A DNA stretch of 62,564 nucleotides from Candidatus Brocadiia bacterium (lineage in GTDB: Bacteria; Planctomycetota; Brocadiia; CAIUPP01): positions 1 through 62,564 of the forward strand of contig JBEKCB010000033.1 of the NCBI GenBank assembly GCA_050015075.1, given 5' to 3'. Below the pieces are notes generated by a model. That model saw only the letters and a list, made by a program, of their open reading frames with translations. It had not been told where the DNA came from and did no database searches. A program made the translations under genes and the position numbers. How positions within the stretch are numbered: position 1 is the first letter of the stretch; every line of letters starts with the position of its first letter. Shown here in pieces: positions 1 to 10,300 of this stretch.

Positions 1-7
1 GGGCGCC

Positions 8-457
8 GTGAATGGAACGTCCAATGATGAGCTGAACCTGGAAAGCGCGCTCGAACTGTTCATGGACGATGGCAATGAGTTTAATGCGCCGATGTTCGCG
101 ATGACGGGTGACCCGCCGAGTACGCCTCTGTACGTGAACATAGACCTGACCCAGTGGCTCAGCGACTACACCGACAATGGCGACTTTGTCATGCCCAGCT
201 TGGATGAAACGTTCGACCTCTCGTCGAACGGCACCTTTCCGGAGCTGCCCGGCTACACGTTCGGGACGGCGCCCATGACCTTCGTCCCCGGTGTCGGCCT
301 CTCGAACCCGGACCCCTTGAGCGGCCCGGCCGAAGTCGAGGTGATCGCGCAGCTTGACGGGGACGTAACTCTTACCCCTGAGCCGGCGACGTTGTCGCTC
401 CTCGGACTCGGGCTGGCCGGGCTTGTTGCGAAGGTCGCAAGGCGGAAGAATCGGTAG
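8..457 (+). CDS. PEP-CTERM sorting-domain surface protein (probably 5'-partial)
   Basis: C-terminus TPEPATLSLLGLGLAGLVAKVARRKNR = PEP motif, TM helix, basic tail; frame is open to the window edge. Confidence 0.9.
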   Translation: MNGTSNDELNLESALELFMDDGNEFNAPMFAMTGDPPSTPLYVNIDLTQWLSDYTDNGDFVMPSLDETFDLSSNGTFPELPGYTFGTAPMTFVPGVGLSNPDPLSGPAEVEVIAQLDGDVTLTPEPATLSLLGLGLAGLVAKVARRKNR

Positions 458-494
458 TCCGGCGATACGCGCCGTCTTTTCGTTGCCGTGTTCG

Positions 495-530
495 AAAGAA
501 GCGCTTCTTTTCGGGAGCGCTTCTTTTTTT
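495..530 (+). terminator. Rho-independent terminator
   Basis: Stem AAAGAAGCGCT...AGCGCTTCTTT followed by a T run, just after the PEP-CTERM gene. Confidence 0.8.
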
Positions 531-830
531 GTGTATTCCTGGGGGAACAGGCAGCGATTTCCCTCCGCAGGGGATCGCTGGTGGATCGCCGGATCGCTGG
601 CCATCTCGTACCTACGACAAACCGCTCCGGCTCCTCTTTCCAATTAGGCGCGCAAGGGGTGCGCGTGGGCGTATCCTCTTACAGAACAGCGGCTTACGCA
701 CTTTTTGACGGGCAACTCCCGGAAGGTTTGCCGTTAACTCGCTACGTCAATGGCGGTGCTGACAGGTTTAAGCCGGACGATTCTAAGGCCTGGCAGCCTC
801 TCGAGGAAGCTAAACCGTTTCCCCTACCTA

Positions 831-1880
831 TCAATCAGTGTCGCGGCGCGTTCCAATCCATAGTTTCGATTTCTCGTAGTCAAGAACAACGACTGCGTCA
901 TCGAAAAACGCTAAGCCGATTACGGATGCCTGTTCGCGGCTACAGACTTGGATGATTGTGTTGCCCAAAGTCGTGTCTCCTATCGGCAGGTTCTTGACCT
1001 TGTAGTTGTCGACTGTCTCGTTGCCGCCCCATGTGAAAATCTTATCGGCAGCGTGGCTGCTGACCTCAACGCTGCTCTTGATGGAATCCCAGTCTGCCTG
1101 ACTGAGCGTCAGTTTTCGTCCCCACCCGGAATCGAACAGTACTTCGATCTCTTTTCCGGCGACAGGCAACCGCAGATAGGCACCATCGTCATCGCGCATG
1201 ACGAACTGGTAGCTTACCCAGCGTCGCGTCAAATCCGGCGCGAAGGACTCCTTACCTTCGAAGGTCAGTTTGCGAGCCGCGTTGTCGAAACGGAGGAAAT
1301 GTGCCGCACGCAGAAACCTTGCGCCCAAGCACCAATATGTACTCTGCCAGACAGGCAGTCCCAAGATTCGGTATTGCCAGCCTTGATCAACGATGACGGC
1401 CTGGAAGCGTCGAATCGTAAGCCCGCCGACATTGAGGCGGTCAACATAAGCAAGTCCAAGCAACGCTACCGGCTTGCTACTATTGTAAGGGAGTCCCCAA
1501 CGCGTCGGCAGTTTCCGGCGGGCGACGATGTCGGGCGTAACAAGGCACAAAGCGGCGCCGCCCACCATCCCCGTATCAATGAAAACCCTGTCGCAATCGC
1601 CCATCGCCTTATCGGCAACCACAAAGAGCAAGCCGCAGCAACGCCAAAGCATCGGATCGTAAGGCAGCGTAGCTGACCTCACATCACCTGGAGTCTCAAT
1701 CGTAGCGTCGACAGTGAACTGCAACTTCTCACCATCTATGTGTACTGGAGTATTGCTCTCGGTCATCTCCGGAATCGTGTTTCGGTCAATCCGGGACATT
1801 GGCGAGATCATTCGAAGACCGCAACCGGCCGTCCCGATGGTGAGAATAAGCCCAAGTGCCGCCGCCAATCGTTTTCTCAA
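831..1880 (-). CDS. Lipoprotein with two retropepsin-like aspartyl protease domains
   Basis: Lipobox-like TAGC; motifs FIDTG and LFDSG; C-terminal IGLAFF...VVVLDY typical of bacterial aspartyl proteases. Confidence 0.7.
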   Translation of the reverse strand: MRKRLAAALGLILTIGTAGCGLRMISPMSRIDRNTIPEMTESNTPVHIDGEKLQFTVDATIETPGDVRSATLPYDPMLWRCCGLLFVVADKAMGDCDRVFIDTGMVGGAALCLVTPDIVARRKLPTRWGLPYNSSKPVALLGLAYVDRLNVGGLTIRRFQAVIVDQGWQYRILGLPVWQSTYWCLGARFLRAAHFLRFDNAARKLTFEGKESFAPDLTRRWVSYQFVMRDDDGAYLRLPVAGKEIEVLFDSGWGRKLTLSQADWDSIKSSVEVSSHAADKIFTWGGNETVDNYKVKNLPIGDTTLGNTIIQVCSREQASVIGLAFFDDAVVVLDYEKSKLWIGTRRDTD

Positions 1881-2101
1881 TCGATGATGCCTCCGAATTC
1901 TCTCATTTCATCGGAGTTTGCAAATTTGACCGTCTCTCTCGGAATTTGCCGGATAGCCTTCCTCGCCTATTCAGCCCCCCTCGTCCGCCCAGTGCAGGCA
2001 TTCTCCCAACCATTCTACGCGATGTCAAGCACGCTTCGCCTGAAGATGCAGCATGAAGAAGGAACCGGCCGAACCTTTCAGTCCGGCCCGCCCCATTGTC
2101 G

Positions 2102-2302
2102 CTACACTGCCTTCTTCGCAGCAGTGACCAGGCTCTCAACGGTCGCCTCGGCCTTCGCCAGATCCGCCTTCGCGTCCGCAAGCGCCGTGGAAATGTTGCC
2201 GTGCGCCTTCACGACCTCGTAAACGATGCAGCCGAGCGCCGCGACGACCACGAAGCAGACGATCCCCAGCCCGATGCCCGCGAAGACCGTAAACGGATCC
2301 AC
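2102..2302 (-). CDS. Small membrane protein (one TM helix plus short coiled coil)
   Basis: GTG start; DPFTVFAGIGLGIVCFVVVAALGCIV TM then ALADAKADLAKAEA; GC3-rich codons. Confidence 0.6.
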   Translation of the reverse strand: MDPFTVFAGIGLGIVCFVVVAALGCIVYEVVKAHGNISTALADAKADLAKAEATVESLVTAAKKAV

Positions 2303-2581
2303 ATCGAACGCGCAACATCGAACTTCCAACGCCCAATTATTTCCGCGCCCGGAGCCGGCGGAATTGGACGTTGGGCGTTCGGCGTTGGATGTTGGGCGTT
2401 GGTTCGTTCATGGCTGGCCATCCTGGACTCAAACCGGGAATTCGGGAGATGCCACTACGGAGGAACTTCGAACACCCAACATCCAACGTCCAACGCCCAT
2501 GGATGTGCAATCATCGAGGTTCAGTATGTCGCTGGCCGTACTTGGACGTTGGGCGTTCGATGTTGAGCGTTGGTCGTTCAT
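2300..2581. repeat. Two inverted blocks of degenerate 7-bp tandem repeats (AACNYCS / TTGGRCG)
   Basis: 2300-2336 AACATCG/AACTTCC/AACGCCC units pair with 2364-2411 TTGGACG/TTGGGCG units; pattern repeats at 2464-2498 and 2542-2581. Confidence 0.85.
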
Positions 2582-2662
2582 CCGTGACTGGCTGAGGAGA
2601 CAGGAAGTGAACCTGTTACCCCTGATCCCGGGAAGAGCGAAGAGAGAAGTCCGCCGCGCGGG

Positions 2663-3520
2663 TCAGTTCGTGGCGTAGGAATGCAGGCTGACGAGCAGGT
2701 AGCTCACGCCGAAGTAGGTGAAGGCAACGAACACGAAGCCGGCGATGGCAAAGATGGCGTTCAAGCGCGGGAGGTTCTCGCGCTTGACGCCGAACTGCGA
2801 GCCGGCCATGCGGAAGTGCAGATAGATGCCGTACACGAACCACGTGATCAGCGACCACGTCTCCTTCGGATCCCAGCCCCAGTAACGGCCCCACGCCTGC
2901 TTCGCCCACACGGAGCCGGAGATGATACCGACCGTCAGCGCCAGGAAGCCGAACGCCATTAACTGGTAAGCGAGCACGTCCAGGACTTTCTGCGACTCGC
3001 GCTGCCGCCAGATCGCCAGCCACAGGATGGCCGTGCAGAACGCCGCGAAGAACGCGCCGTACGAGACCATGCACGTGAAGACGTGGAAGACCAGCCACTT
3101 GCTCTGCAGCGCCGGCATCAGCGGGTGCGCGCCCTGCGCGAAGAGCGTCGAGACCGCCAGGATTCCCACCGCGCCCAGCGACGCGCCCAGCTCCATCCCG
3201 GTGAAGCCCACGAAGATGCGCGAGACGAAGTACACCGCGCAGAAGCCCCACGCCATCCAGAGCATGGATTCGGGGACGTTCGAGAACGGCGGATAGCCGA
3301 TCGCCCGCCACTCGGCGATAATCGTCGCGGTCAGGCCGACCATGCCGAGTGCGATCAGGACGTTGCCCGCCCCGCGCATCCAGCGGAGCCAGCCGGCCGA
3401 ATCGGCGCCGCGGTCGGCCTTCCTCATGACCAGCGCCAGGACCGCCTGCAGCGCGTTCAGCAGCACCGCGGCCAGGAAGATGACGAAGGACATCGTCCAC
3501 AACTGCTCATGCATCGGCAC
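2663..3520 (-). CDS. ccsA: Cytochrome c biogenesis protein CcsA/ResC (System II)
   Basis: WWD motif WAKQAWGRYWGWDPKETW, PALQSKWLVFH, C-terminal SLHSY. Confidence 0.95.
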   Translation of the reverse strand: MPMHEQLWTMSFVIFLAAVLLNALQAVLALVMRKADRGADSAGWLRWMRGAGNVLIALGMVGLTATIIAEWRAIGYPPFSNVPESMLWMAWGFCAVYFVSRIFVGFTGMELGASLGAVGILAVSTLFAQGAHPLMPALQSKWLVFHVFTCMVSYGAFFAAFCTAILWLAIWRQRESQKVLDVLAYQLMAFGFLALTVGIISGSVWAKQAWGRYWGWDPKETWSLITWFVYGIYLHFRMAGSQFGVKRENLPRLNAIFAIAGFVFVAFTYFGVSYLLVSLHSYATN

Positions 3521-4631
3521 GCCCCTTTCGGTTCAAGAGCGGCTTCGCATAGAACGCGAGCGCTACGCCGATCGGCAGGAGGAGGAACCCGGCGAAGACC
3601 AGCGGCACGCCCGGATCGCGCGTCACCTCCAGCGTGCTGGCCAGGGTCTCCGGGTCGTACGAGACCTGGTAGAACGTATAAGGGCCGACCTTGAGCGGCG
3701 AGTTGACGAGGATGACGGCGTTCTGGACCTCTTTTCCGCCCGCGTCCAGGATCGTGACGTGGCTCTCGAAAGCCTTGACCGTGGGCGCGTGCCAGACGTA
3801 TTTGATCTTGATGCCTGCAGGGACTTTACCGTGGCCTTCGAGATCGGGGTACTTCGAGAAAAGCCACTGCGTGGATTCCCCGGCGGGGCCGGTGAACCGG
3901 ACCTCGACGGCCGGGTTGAGCGGCTCGTTGGAGGCGGAGTAGAACTTGCTGTTCTCGTCCATCTTGAAATCGGGGAAATACCTCAGCACCTCGACGGAGG
4001 TCCCATCGGCGCGCAACTGGACCACCTTGCCGACTTCGCGCGGGATGGAGCGGGCCTGCGCTGTTCCCTCCAGGCGGACTTCCAGCGCATCGTGCGCATC
4101 GTCATAGTACCGGACGACGAAGTCGTCCAGCCGCACTTGGAATCCGAGCGGGGTCCGGGCGGCGGCGTCTTCGACTTCGAAGTCGCCGATCGTCTTTCCC
4201 TTCTCGATCGTGAGCATGCCGTCCACGCCCGCGATGCCGCGCAGGATGGCGCCGGCGACGATGAGCAGGATGCTCGCATGGGTGATCAACGAGAAGCTCT
4301 TGCGAAGGGTGAACCGTACGCCCGAGAAGGTGCAGGCGGCGACGCTGAGCGCCAGCAGCCCCAGAAGGCCCAGGAACCACCACGTGACGTAGAGATGATT
4401 CAGCCCGAGCAAGACGATGAGCGAGCCGACGACGCGGCCGTAACGGGCGATGGCCGCCTCGGGCAGGTAGAGCCCCTGCTCGATGAGCGTGCCGACGATG
4501 GATGCCGCGGCGATAAGCGCCATGAGGACGATGGCGAAACGGATGGACTTGAGGCCTCGGATGACGCGCCGAACCCAGCCGGGGTCGGCGGCAGGCGAGG
4601 AAGGCCGGGCGGTTTCGTCGGGGGTCTTCAT
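3507..4631 (-). CDS. resB: Cytochrome c biogenesis protein ResB/CcsB
   Basis: SIRFAIVL...GTLIEQ, THASIL, VNSPL...FYQVSY, DPGVPLVFAG; adjacent to ccsA. Confidence 0.9.
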   Translation of the reverse strand: MKTPDETARPSSPAADPGWVRRVIRGLKSIRFAIVLMALIAAASIVGTLIEQGLYLPEAAIARYGRVVGSLIVLLGLNHLYVTWWFLGLLGLLALSVAACTFSGVRFTLRKSFSLITHASILLIVAGAILRGIAGVDGMLTIEKGKTIGDFEVEDAAARTPLGFQVRLDDFVVRYYDDAHDALEVRLEGTAQARSIPREVGKVVQLRADGTSVEVLRYFPDFKMDENSKFYSASNEPLNPAVEVRFTGPAGESTQWLFSKYPDLEGHGKVPAGIKIKYVWHAPTVKAFESHVTILDAGGKEVQNAVILVNSPLKVGPYTFYQVSYDPETLASTLEVTRDPGVPLVFAGFLLLPIGVALAFYAKPLLNRKGRADA

Positions 4632-6073
4632 TTCTGAGCGTGCGCCTGGGCCACTTGCGCGGCCTTGGAGCAGACATTCTCCAGAATGCCGGAAGCGTAC
4701 TCCGGGTTATGAACGGGATTGGCGGCCATGACGAACTTCAGGTCCTCGCGCGCCTCGGCGAGAACCTTGGCGCCGGCCTGCTTTTCAGGGGAATCGGGCA
4801 GCGCCGCGAGACGGGCGGCGGCCGCTTCAACTGCCTTCTGCGCCTGGCCGACGCTCTTGGCCGCATCGTCTTTCCATGTGGCTATCATACCGTCCACCGC
4901 GTCGCCATGGCAAGCGGCGCAAGCGGCGCCGGTGGCTTCGCCGAGGCCCTCGGGCGAGACTTTGCCGCCGGCGGCCGGCGTCCTGTGGCAGGCGATGCAC
5001 TGGACGGAAGCCGCCCACATGACGCTGGGCTTGCCCTTGACGTCGTGCGCTCCCTGGCCGCGATACAGCGTGGCGACCTGGGCGTGCCGGTCGGTGTGGC
5101 ACTGGGTGCAGGAGATGTCTTCGCCGCCATGCACGACGTCCTTTCCATGGCGGATTTCGGAGTGGCAGTAGAAGCATTCCACGTGGTGGTCGGTCACGTG
5201 CGTCTGGTGCAGGAACGCGGGGTCGCCGCGTTTTTGCAGGTCCTCGGTTTTGGAGTGGCAGGCCATGCACACCTGGCCGGGGACGCTTCCGGTGCCCTGC
5301 AGGCAGTCGGCGTGGCACATCATGCACTGGACCTGCGCGCGGTCAATGTAGTCCTTGTGCGAGAACGTGTCGCCGGTCGCCAGCTTGACCGGCTTCGACG
5401 GCGCGGCGTGGCAGAGAGTGCAGTTGGCCGTCGGGCTGGCTGCGGCGACGGGGTCGTCGTAGCGGTAGCCCTTGAAATGGCAGGTGAAGCAAACCGATTC
5501 CGTCACGGTGAGATGCCCGCCCTGGAGGACCTGGACGATCTGCGAATGGCAGGTCTGGCAGCGGAGCTGCTTGCCGCGGCGGGTCTCCGTCAGATGCGGC
5601 TTATGATCGAAGCGGACGGGGACCTGTAATTGTCCCTGGAGGCCGGTGAATTCCACCTGGCCCTGGCCTTCCAGGAGCCGTTTTTCGTGGCAACCCGGCC
5701 GGAGGCAGGCGGCGTCGGGAATCTCCGCGTGCAGCCGCGTGCCGTACGTGCCGGTGACGTACGAGGCTACCTGGCGGAGCGCCTGGAACTTCACTTTCAA
5801 GATGGACTTGATGCCTGACGCGGCGTGACACTTCAGGCATTCCACGCCGCGCTGGCCGTGCGGGGAGGTTTTCCAGGACTGGTAATAGGGCTCCATGATG
5901 TGGCAGCTTCTACAGAACGTGGAGTGGCCGCTGAGCAGCAACATTCCACCGGAGCCGGCGACGGCCAGAAAGGCCGCCGCGGCCAGGCAATAGAAGAACC
6001 GCCTCTGCAGGAGCAAGGGTTGGCCGGTTCCGACGGGAACATGGATTCCCGCAACGCGCAGTATCCGTCTCAT
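4628..6073 (-). CDS. Membrane-anchored multiheme cytochrome c (about 12 hemes) with NapC/NirT-like N-terminus
   Basis: N-terminal TM, FCRSCHIMEPYYQSWKTSPH; 11 CxxCH plus one CX4CH (CLRPGCH). Confidence 0.9.
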   Translation of the reverse strand: MRRILRVAGIHVPVGTGQPLLLQRRFFYCLAAAAFLAVAGSGGMLLLSGHSTFCRSCHIMEPYYQSWKTSPHGQRGVECLKCHAASGIKSILKVKFQALRQVASYVTGTYGTRLHAEIPDAACLRPGCHEKRLLEGQGQVEFTGLQGQLQVPVRFDHKPHLTETRRGKQLRCQTCHSQIVQVLQGGHLTVTESVCFTCHFKGYRYDDPVAAASPTANCTLCHAAPSKPVKLATGDTFSHKDYIDRAQVQCMMCHADCLQGTGSVPGQVCMACHSKTEDLQKRGDPAFLHQTHVTDHHVECFYCHSEIRHGKDVVHGGEDISCTQCHTDRHAQVATLYRGQGAHDVKGKPSVMWAASVQCIACHRTPAAGGKVSPEGLGEATGAACAACHGDAVDGMIATWKDDAAKSVGQAQKAVEAAAARLAALPDSPEKQAGAKVLAEAREDLKFVMAANPVHNPEYASGILENVCSKAAQVAQAHAQK

Positions 6074-6145
6074 GAGTTAACGATACCGGAATTCGACAAA
6101 GAATCTGTGATGACCGCAATGCCTGAGGTCACGGTGCGGCCTGGC

Positions 6146-6769
6146 TCACTCGGCCGCCGCTTTCGGAACCGTATGCTTGATCTTATCCCAGCAGGCGTCG
6201 TAGTCGAAGCCGACCTTCTTGCCGTCCTTGGTGGTGAACCGGTCCGGCTTCCAAGCGGGCGACTGATCGTTGTGACAGGTGACGCAGAGTTTTTCGTCGC
6301 CGATCATCAAGCCCGCTTTGAGGGCAAGCGCACGGTCCTTCATGACGCTCAACGACTTGTAATCATTTCCCGCGCCATGGCAGGTTTCGCACTGAACGCC
6401 GTCCTCGACCTTGAACGCGGGCTTCAGGAAGTCGGCTTTCTGAGCATCGGAGAGGTCCCATCCGGTCGCGTGGCAGCGCAGGCACTCGGGGCTTTCCACC
6501 GGGGCCTTCTTGAGACCGCGGTCCGTTCCCATCTTCAGGGCTTCCGGCGTCTTGAGCGTCTCGTATGCCGTTGCGTGCTTGCTCGCTTTCCAGATGACCA
6601 CCTGCTCGCCCTGTTTCTTCGTGCTGTGGCACATGCGACAGCCCGCGACGCCGATATAGGCGTGCTGGGGCGCGGCCGCTTCGGCCTGCGCAACCGCGGC
6701 GCTGACGGCCAGACCCAGAATCACAGACAGACCAACTCCGGCGAACCCGATTCCCTGTCGCTTGCCCAT
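6146..6769 (-). CDS. Periplasmic tetraheme cytochrome c (c554-like)
   Basis: Signal peptide; YIG..CRMCH, CLRCH, GVQCETCHG, CVTCH; GGAGG RBS before ATG at 6769. Confidence 0.88.
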   Translation of the reverse strand: MGKRQGIGFAGVGLSVILGLAVSAAVAQAEAAAPQHAYIGVAGCRMCHSTKKQGEQVVIWKASKHATAYETLKTPEALKMGTDRGLKKAPVESPECLRCHATGWDLSDAQKADFLKPAFKVEDGVQCETCHGAGNDYKSLSVMKDRALALKAGLMIGDEKLCVTCHNDQSPAWKPDRFTTKDGKKVGFDYDACWDKIKHTVPKAAAE

Positions 6770-6888
6770 CGCTCCTCCCTTAACCATGCTAGATTTATTT
6801 CGCCCTGCTGCGCCATCCAAGTCGGGCTTATTGTACCCGATTACGCCATCGCTTTCCAATGCCGACGCTTTGCAATAACTGATAGTAC

Positions 6889-6906
6889 AGCACGTCTTAT
6901 GCCCAA
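6889..6906 (-). promoter_or_regulatory. Possible sigma-54 promoter for the leftward cytochrome/ccs operon
   Basis: Minus strand TTGGGCATAAGACGTGCT has GG-N10-GC spacing but imperfect consensus. Confidence 0.4.
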
Positions 6907-7196
6907 TTTCGAATACCGTATAGAATTTTCGTAAAGTGTTGCCGGGAGTGCTGCTTAGCGTCCGGTGAGCCGACAATGGCGGGACAGGCTGTATTCCCAT
7001 GTATGGCAAGGTGTTGAGGCTGAATTCCCAGAACTGAGAACGCCGCCGGTTGAGAAGCTGTCGCCCTCGGAGTAGCCGGCTCGTTCTTCAACGGCTGTCG
7101 GCGTCAGAGTTCCGGTCACATGTTCTTCGCGGCTGAGTGTTTCCCATGCACGAGCGGCTCGCTCAAGTTCTTCGGTGTGCAGCATCCGGTTCCGGC

Positions 7197-7213
7197 TTGG
7201 CACGCCGCTTGCG
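7197..7213 (+). promoter_or_regulatory. Sigma-54 (-24/-12) promoter
   Basis: TTGGCACGCCGCTTGCG matches TGGCAC-N5-TTGC, about 100 bp upstream of the 7313 ATG. Confidence 0.85.
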
Positions 7214-7312
7214 ATCATAGCATTTGATGCAGTGTATCTTGGGCGCTTTTCGCAAAGTTGAGAAGGAATAACTATTGCCCGATCAGCACTACGCTAGTGC
7301 TTACCGAATAAC

Positions 7313-10300
7313 ATGTTAAGCCACCGGATGAGGTTCACTGTGCTTCGACACGCAACGCTGCCGATATTGATCGCCCTGATCTGTCTCACCGCCCGGACTG
7401 CCGCGGCCATTGACAATGCCGACTGCCTCACATGCCACAGCGACCAGTCGCTGGTTAAGAAGGACCGTTCCGGCAAGACTATCTCCCTGTTCGTGGACGA
7501 GGCGAAATTCAAGGCCACCATCCACGGCAAGAACCTCTGCACCAGTTGCCACTCGGATATCACTGAGGCGCCTCATCCCGACAACTTCGTCGCGAAGTCT
7601 GTATCCTGCGCGCAATGCCACCGCGTGGAAACGGAGATTTATCTAAAAAGCGACCATGGCCAGGCGGTTCACACGGGCGTGCAGGAAGCGGCCTCCTGCA
7701 AAGATTGCCACGGCAGCAACCACTATTTGCTGAACCACCGCGACCCCCAGTCGCCGGTGTATCGAACCAACCTGCCGCAGACTTGCGGACGGTGCCACAG
7801 CAACGTGCCCGAGATGGAGAAGTTCAATCTCCGGCAGCGTTCCCCTGTCCTCAGCTACGACAACAGCGTCCATGGCATTGCCTTGCTCCAGAAGGGCGAA
7901 GTCAACGCCGCCGTCTGCACCGACTGTCACGGCTCGCACAACCTCCACCGGTCCACGAACCCCTTGTCCAAGCTCTACTGGCAGAATGTGCCCGACACCT
8001 GCGGCAAATGTCATGAAAACGTCGAGCAGACTTACAGCGTCAGCGTTCACGGCACCGCGGTCAAGGCCGGAGTGCGCGACGCGCCCGTCTGCACCGACTG
8101 TCATGGCGAGCACACGATCACCGCGGTCAAGCTGGCCACGTCCCGCGTGGCGCCGGCCAACATCCCAGAAACCTGCGGCCAGTGCCATGCCGCGCAGCGG
8201 ATCATCACGCAGTACCGATTGCCGCCGAATGTGTTTTCGACCTACGTGCAGAGCTTCCACGGCCTGGCCTTGCAGGGCGGCAACATCACTGCGGCCAATT
8301 GCGCTTCCTGTCACGGCATACACGATATTCTGCCCGCCAGCGATGCCCGCTCCACGATCAATCCCCAGAATCTGCCGGAAACCTGCGGCAAGTGCCATCC
8401 CGGCATCGGCACCCGGCTCAGCGCGGAGTTCTTCCGTATTCACGCGCCGCTCGGCGCGGCAGTGGGAAAACCGTGGATCGTGAATTTCATATCCTGGTTC
8501 TATATCGCCCTGATTACGATGACCATCGGCGGGATGGCGTCGTTCAATCTGCTCGACTATCTCCGCAAAACCCGTACGCACATCCGCGCCGTCCGGAACA
8601 GCGAGGGCGAACCGCGCCTGACTCCCTGGATGGCCTTCCAGCACTACCTGCTGGTGGGGCTGTTCATTCTGCTGGTCTACACCGGCTTCGCGCACAGATT
8701 CCCGGACGCGTTCTGGAGCTGGCCGTTCCGCATTCTGCCCGACGGCAGCTCCGTGCGCGGCATCGTCCATCGAATCTGCGGCTGGACGTTCGCCGGTTTC
8801 TTCCTGGGGCACGTGATCGCGCTCGTCGGAACCCGTCGCGGCCGCGAGCACTTCCGGGCGCTGTGGTTTGTCCGGGACGATCTCAGGGATGCCTTCGCCC
8901 AGTTGACTTACAATCTCGGCCTGCGCACGGCGGCGCCGCCGCACCGCCGCTGGAACTACGCGGAAAAGGCCGAATACTGGGCCTTGATCTGGGGCTCCGT
9001 GGTGATGATCGTCACCGGCGTGATGCTGATCTTCACTGCAACCGTGCTGGCCACGCTGCCGAAAGTGTGGCACGACGTGGCGCAGGTGATCCATTACTAC
9101 GAAGCCACGCTGGCCGCCCTGGCCATTCTGGTGTGGCATTTTTACTGGACGATTTTCGATCCCGACGAATATCCCATGAACCCCTCCTGGCTGCTCGGCA
9201 AGAAAGCGGCGCACCCTCGCGGGGTCGCAAAGCCCGGCCCGCTCGCCGCGGGGACGCCGGCCGCTCCGGCCGTGGACTGCGGCGACCGCGCGGGCAAGTG
9301 CAACCTGCCCGACAGTGAGTGCCGGATCCTGCAACTGCTGCAGGATGAGTTCCCGCTGTGCCGATCACCGTACGCCGAGGTCGCCCGGCGGACCGGTCTT
9401 TCCCCGGAGGACGCGGACCGGCGCATCTTCTCTCTTCGGCAACGCGGGGTCATCCGGCGCATCGGCGGCGTCATTAACCCGCGGCGTCTCGGCCTGGCCG
9501 CCACGCTCGTGGCGATGAAGGTGCCGCCCGAGCGCGTCAACGAGGTGGACGCGGTGGTCTACGCGCTGCCGAACGTCACGCACAATTGCCTGCGCGAGCA
9601 CGAATACAACATGTGGCTCACGCTGACGGCGAAGTCGCGCGAAGAACTCGCCGCGACGGTGTCGCAACTCAAGCGCGTCACCCGGATCACGGAACTCCTC
9701 GACCTGCCTTCCTCGAAAACCTACAAGATCAACGTGCGACTGGACTGCGGACAGCCCCAGGCCGCTCCGCGCGGGACGCGGGCGGAAGCCGCCGGTCCAC
9801 CGCTCACGGATGCGCAAGGCGCGCCGCCGGCGCCCGGATCGAAGCCAGGTCCGGTCAAATTGACGGAGACGCAGGAGAAGGTGCTCGATCTCCTTCAAGG
9901 GGACCTCCCGGACGGTCTTGAGCCTTATGACGCGCTGGCGGAGCGCGCGGGGCTGCCGGTCGAGACCTTCCTGGCCACGGCGAGGGAACTCATCCAGTGC
10001 GGCTGTTTCCGGAGAATCAGCGCATTGGTCAATCACGGCCAGCTCGGTTTCCGGGCGAATGCCCTGTGCGTCTGGCAGGTGCCCGTCGGCCACGAGGACG
10101 AAGCCGGTCGCGCCATCGCCGGGTTCTCGGCGGTGACGCACTGTTACCGGCGCCCGGTCTCCGACGACTGGCCCTACGCGATCTTCTCCACGATCCACGG
10201 TCCGAACCGGGCGGCGTGCGAGGAGACCGCGCGCCAGATCGCGGAGAAAGTGGATCCGATCGCCCATTGCGTCATTTTCACCGTGCGCGAACTGAAGAAG

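Noticed and set aside
2300-2581. Possible CRISPR array
   Set aside because: Units are degenerate 7-mers in inverted blocks, not 23-47 bp direct repeats with spacers; no cas genes
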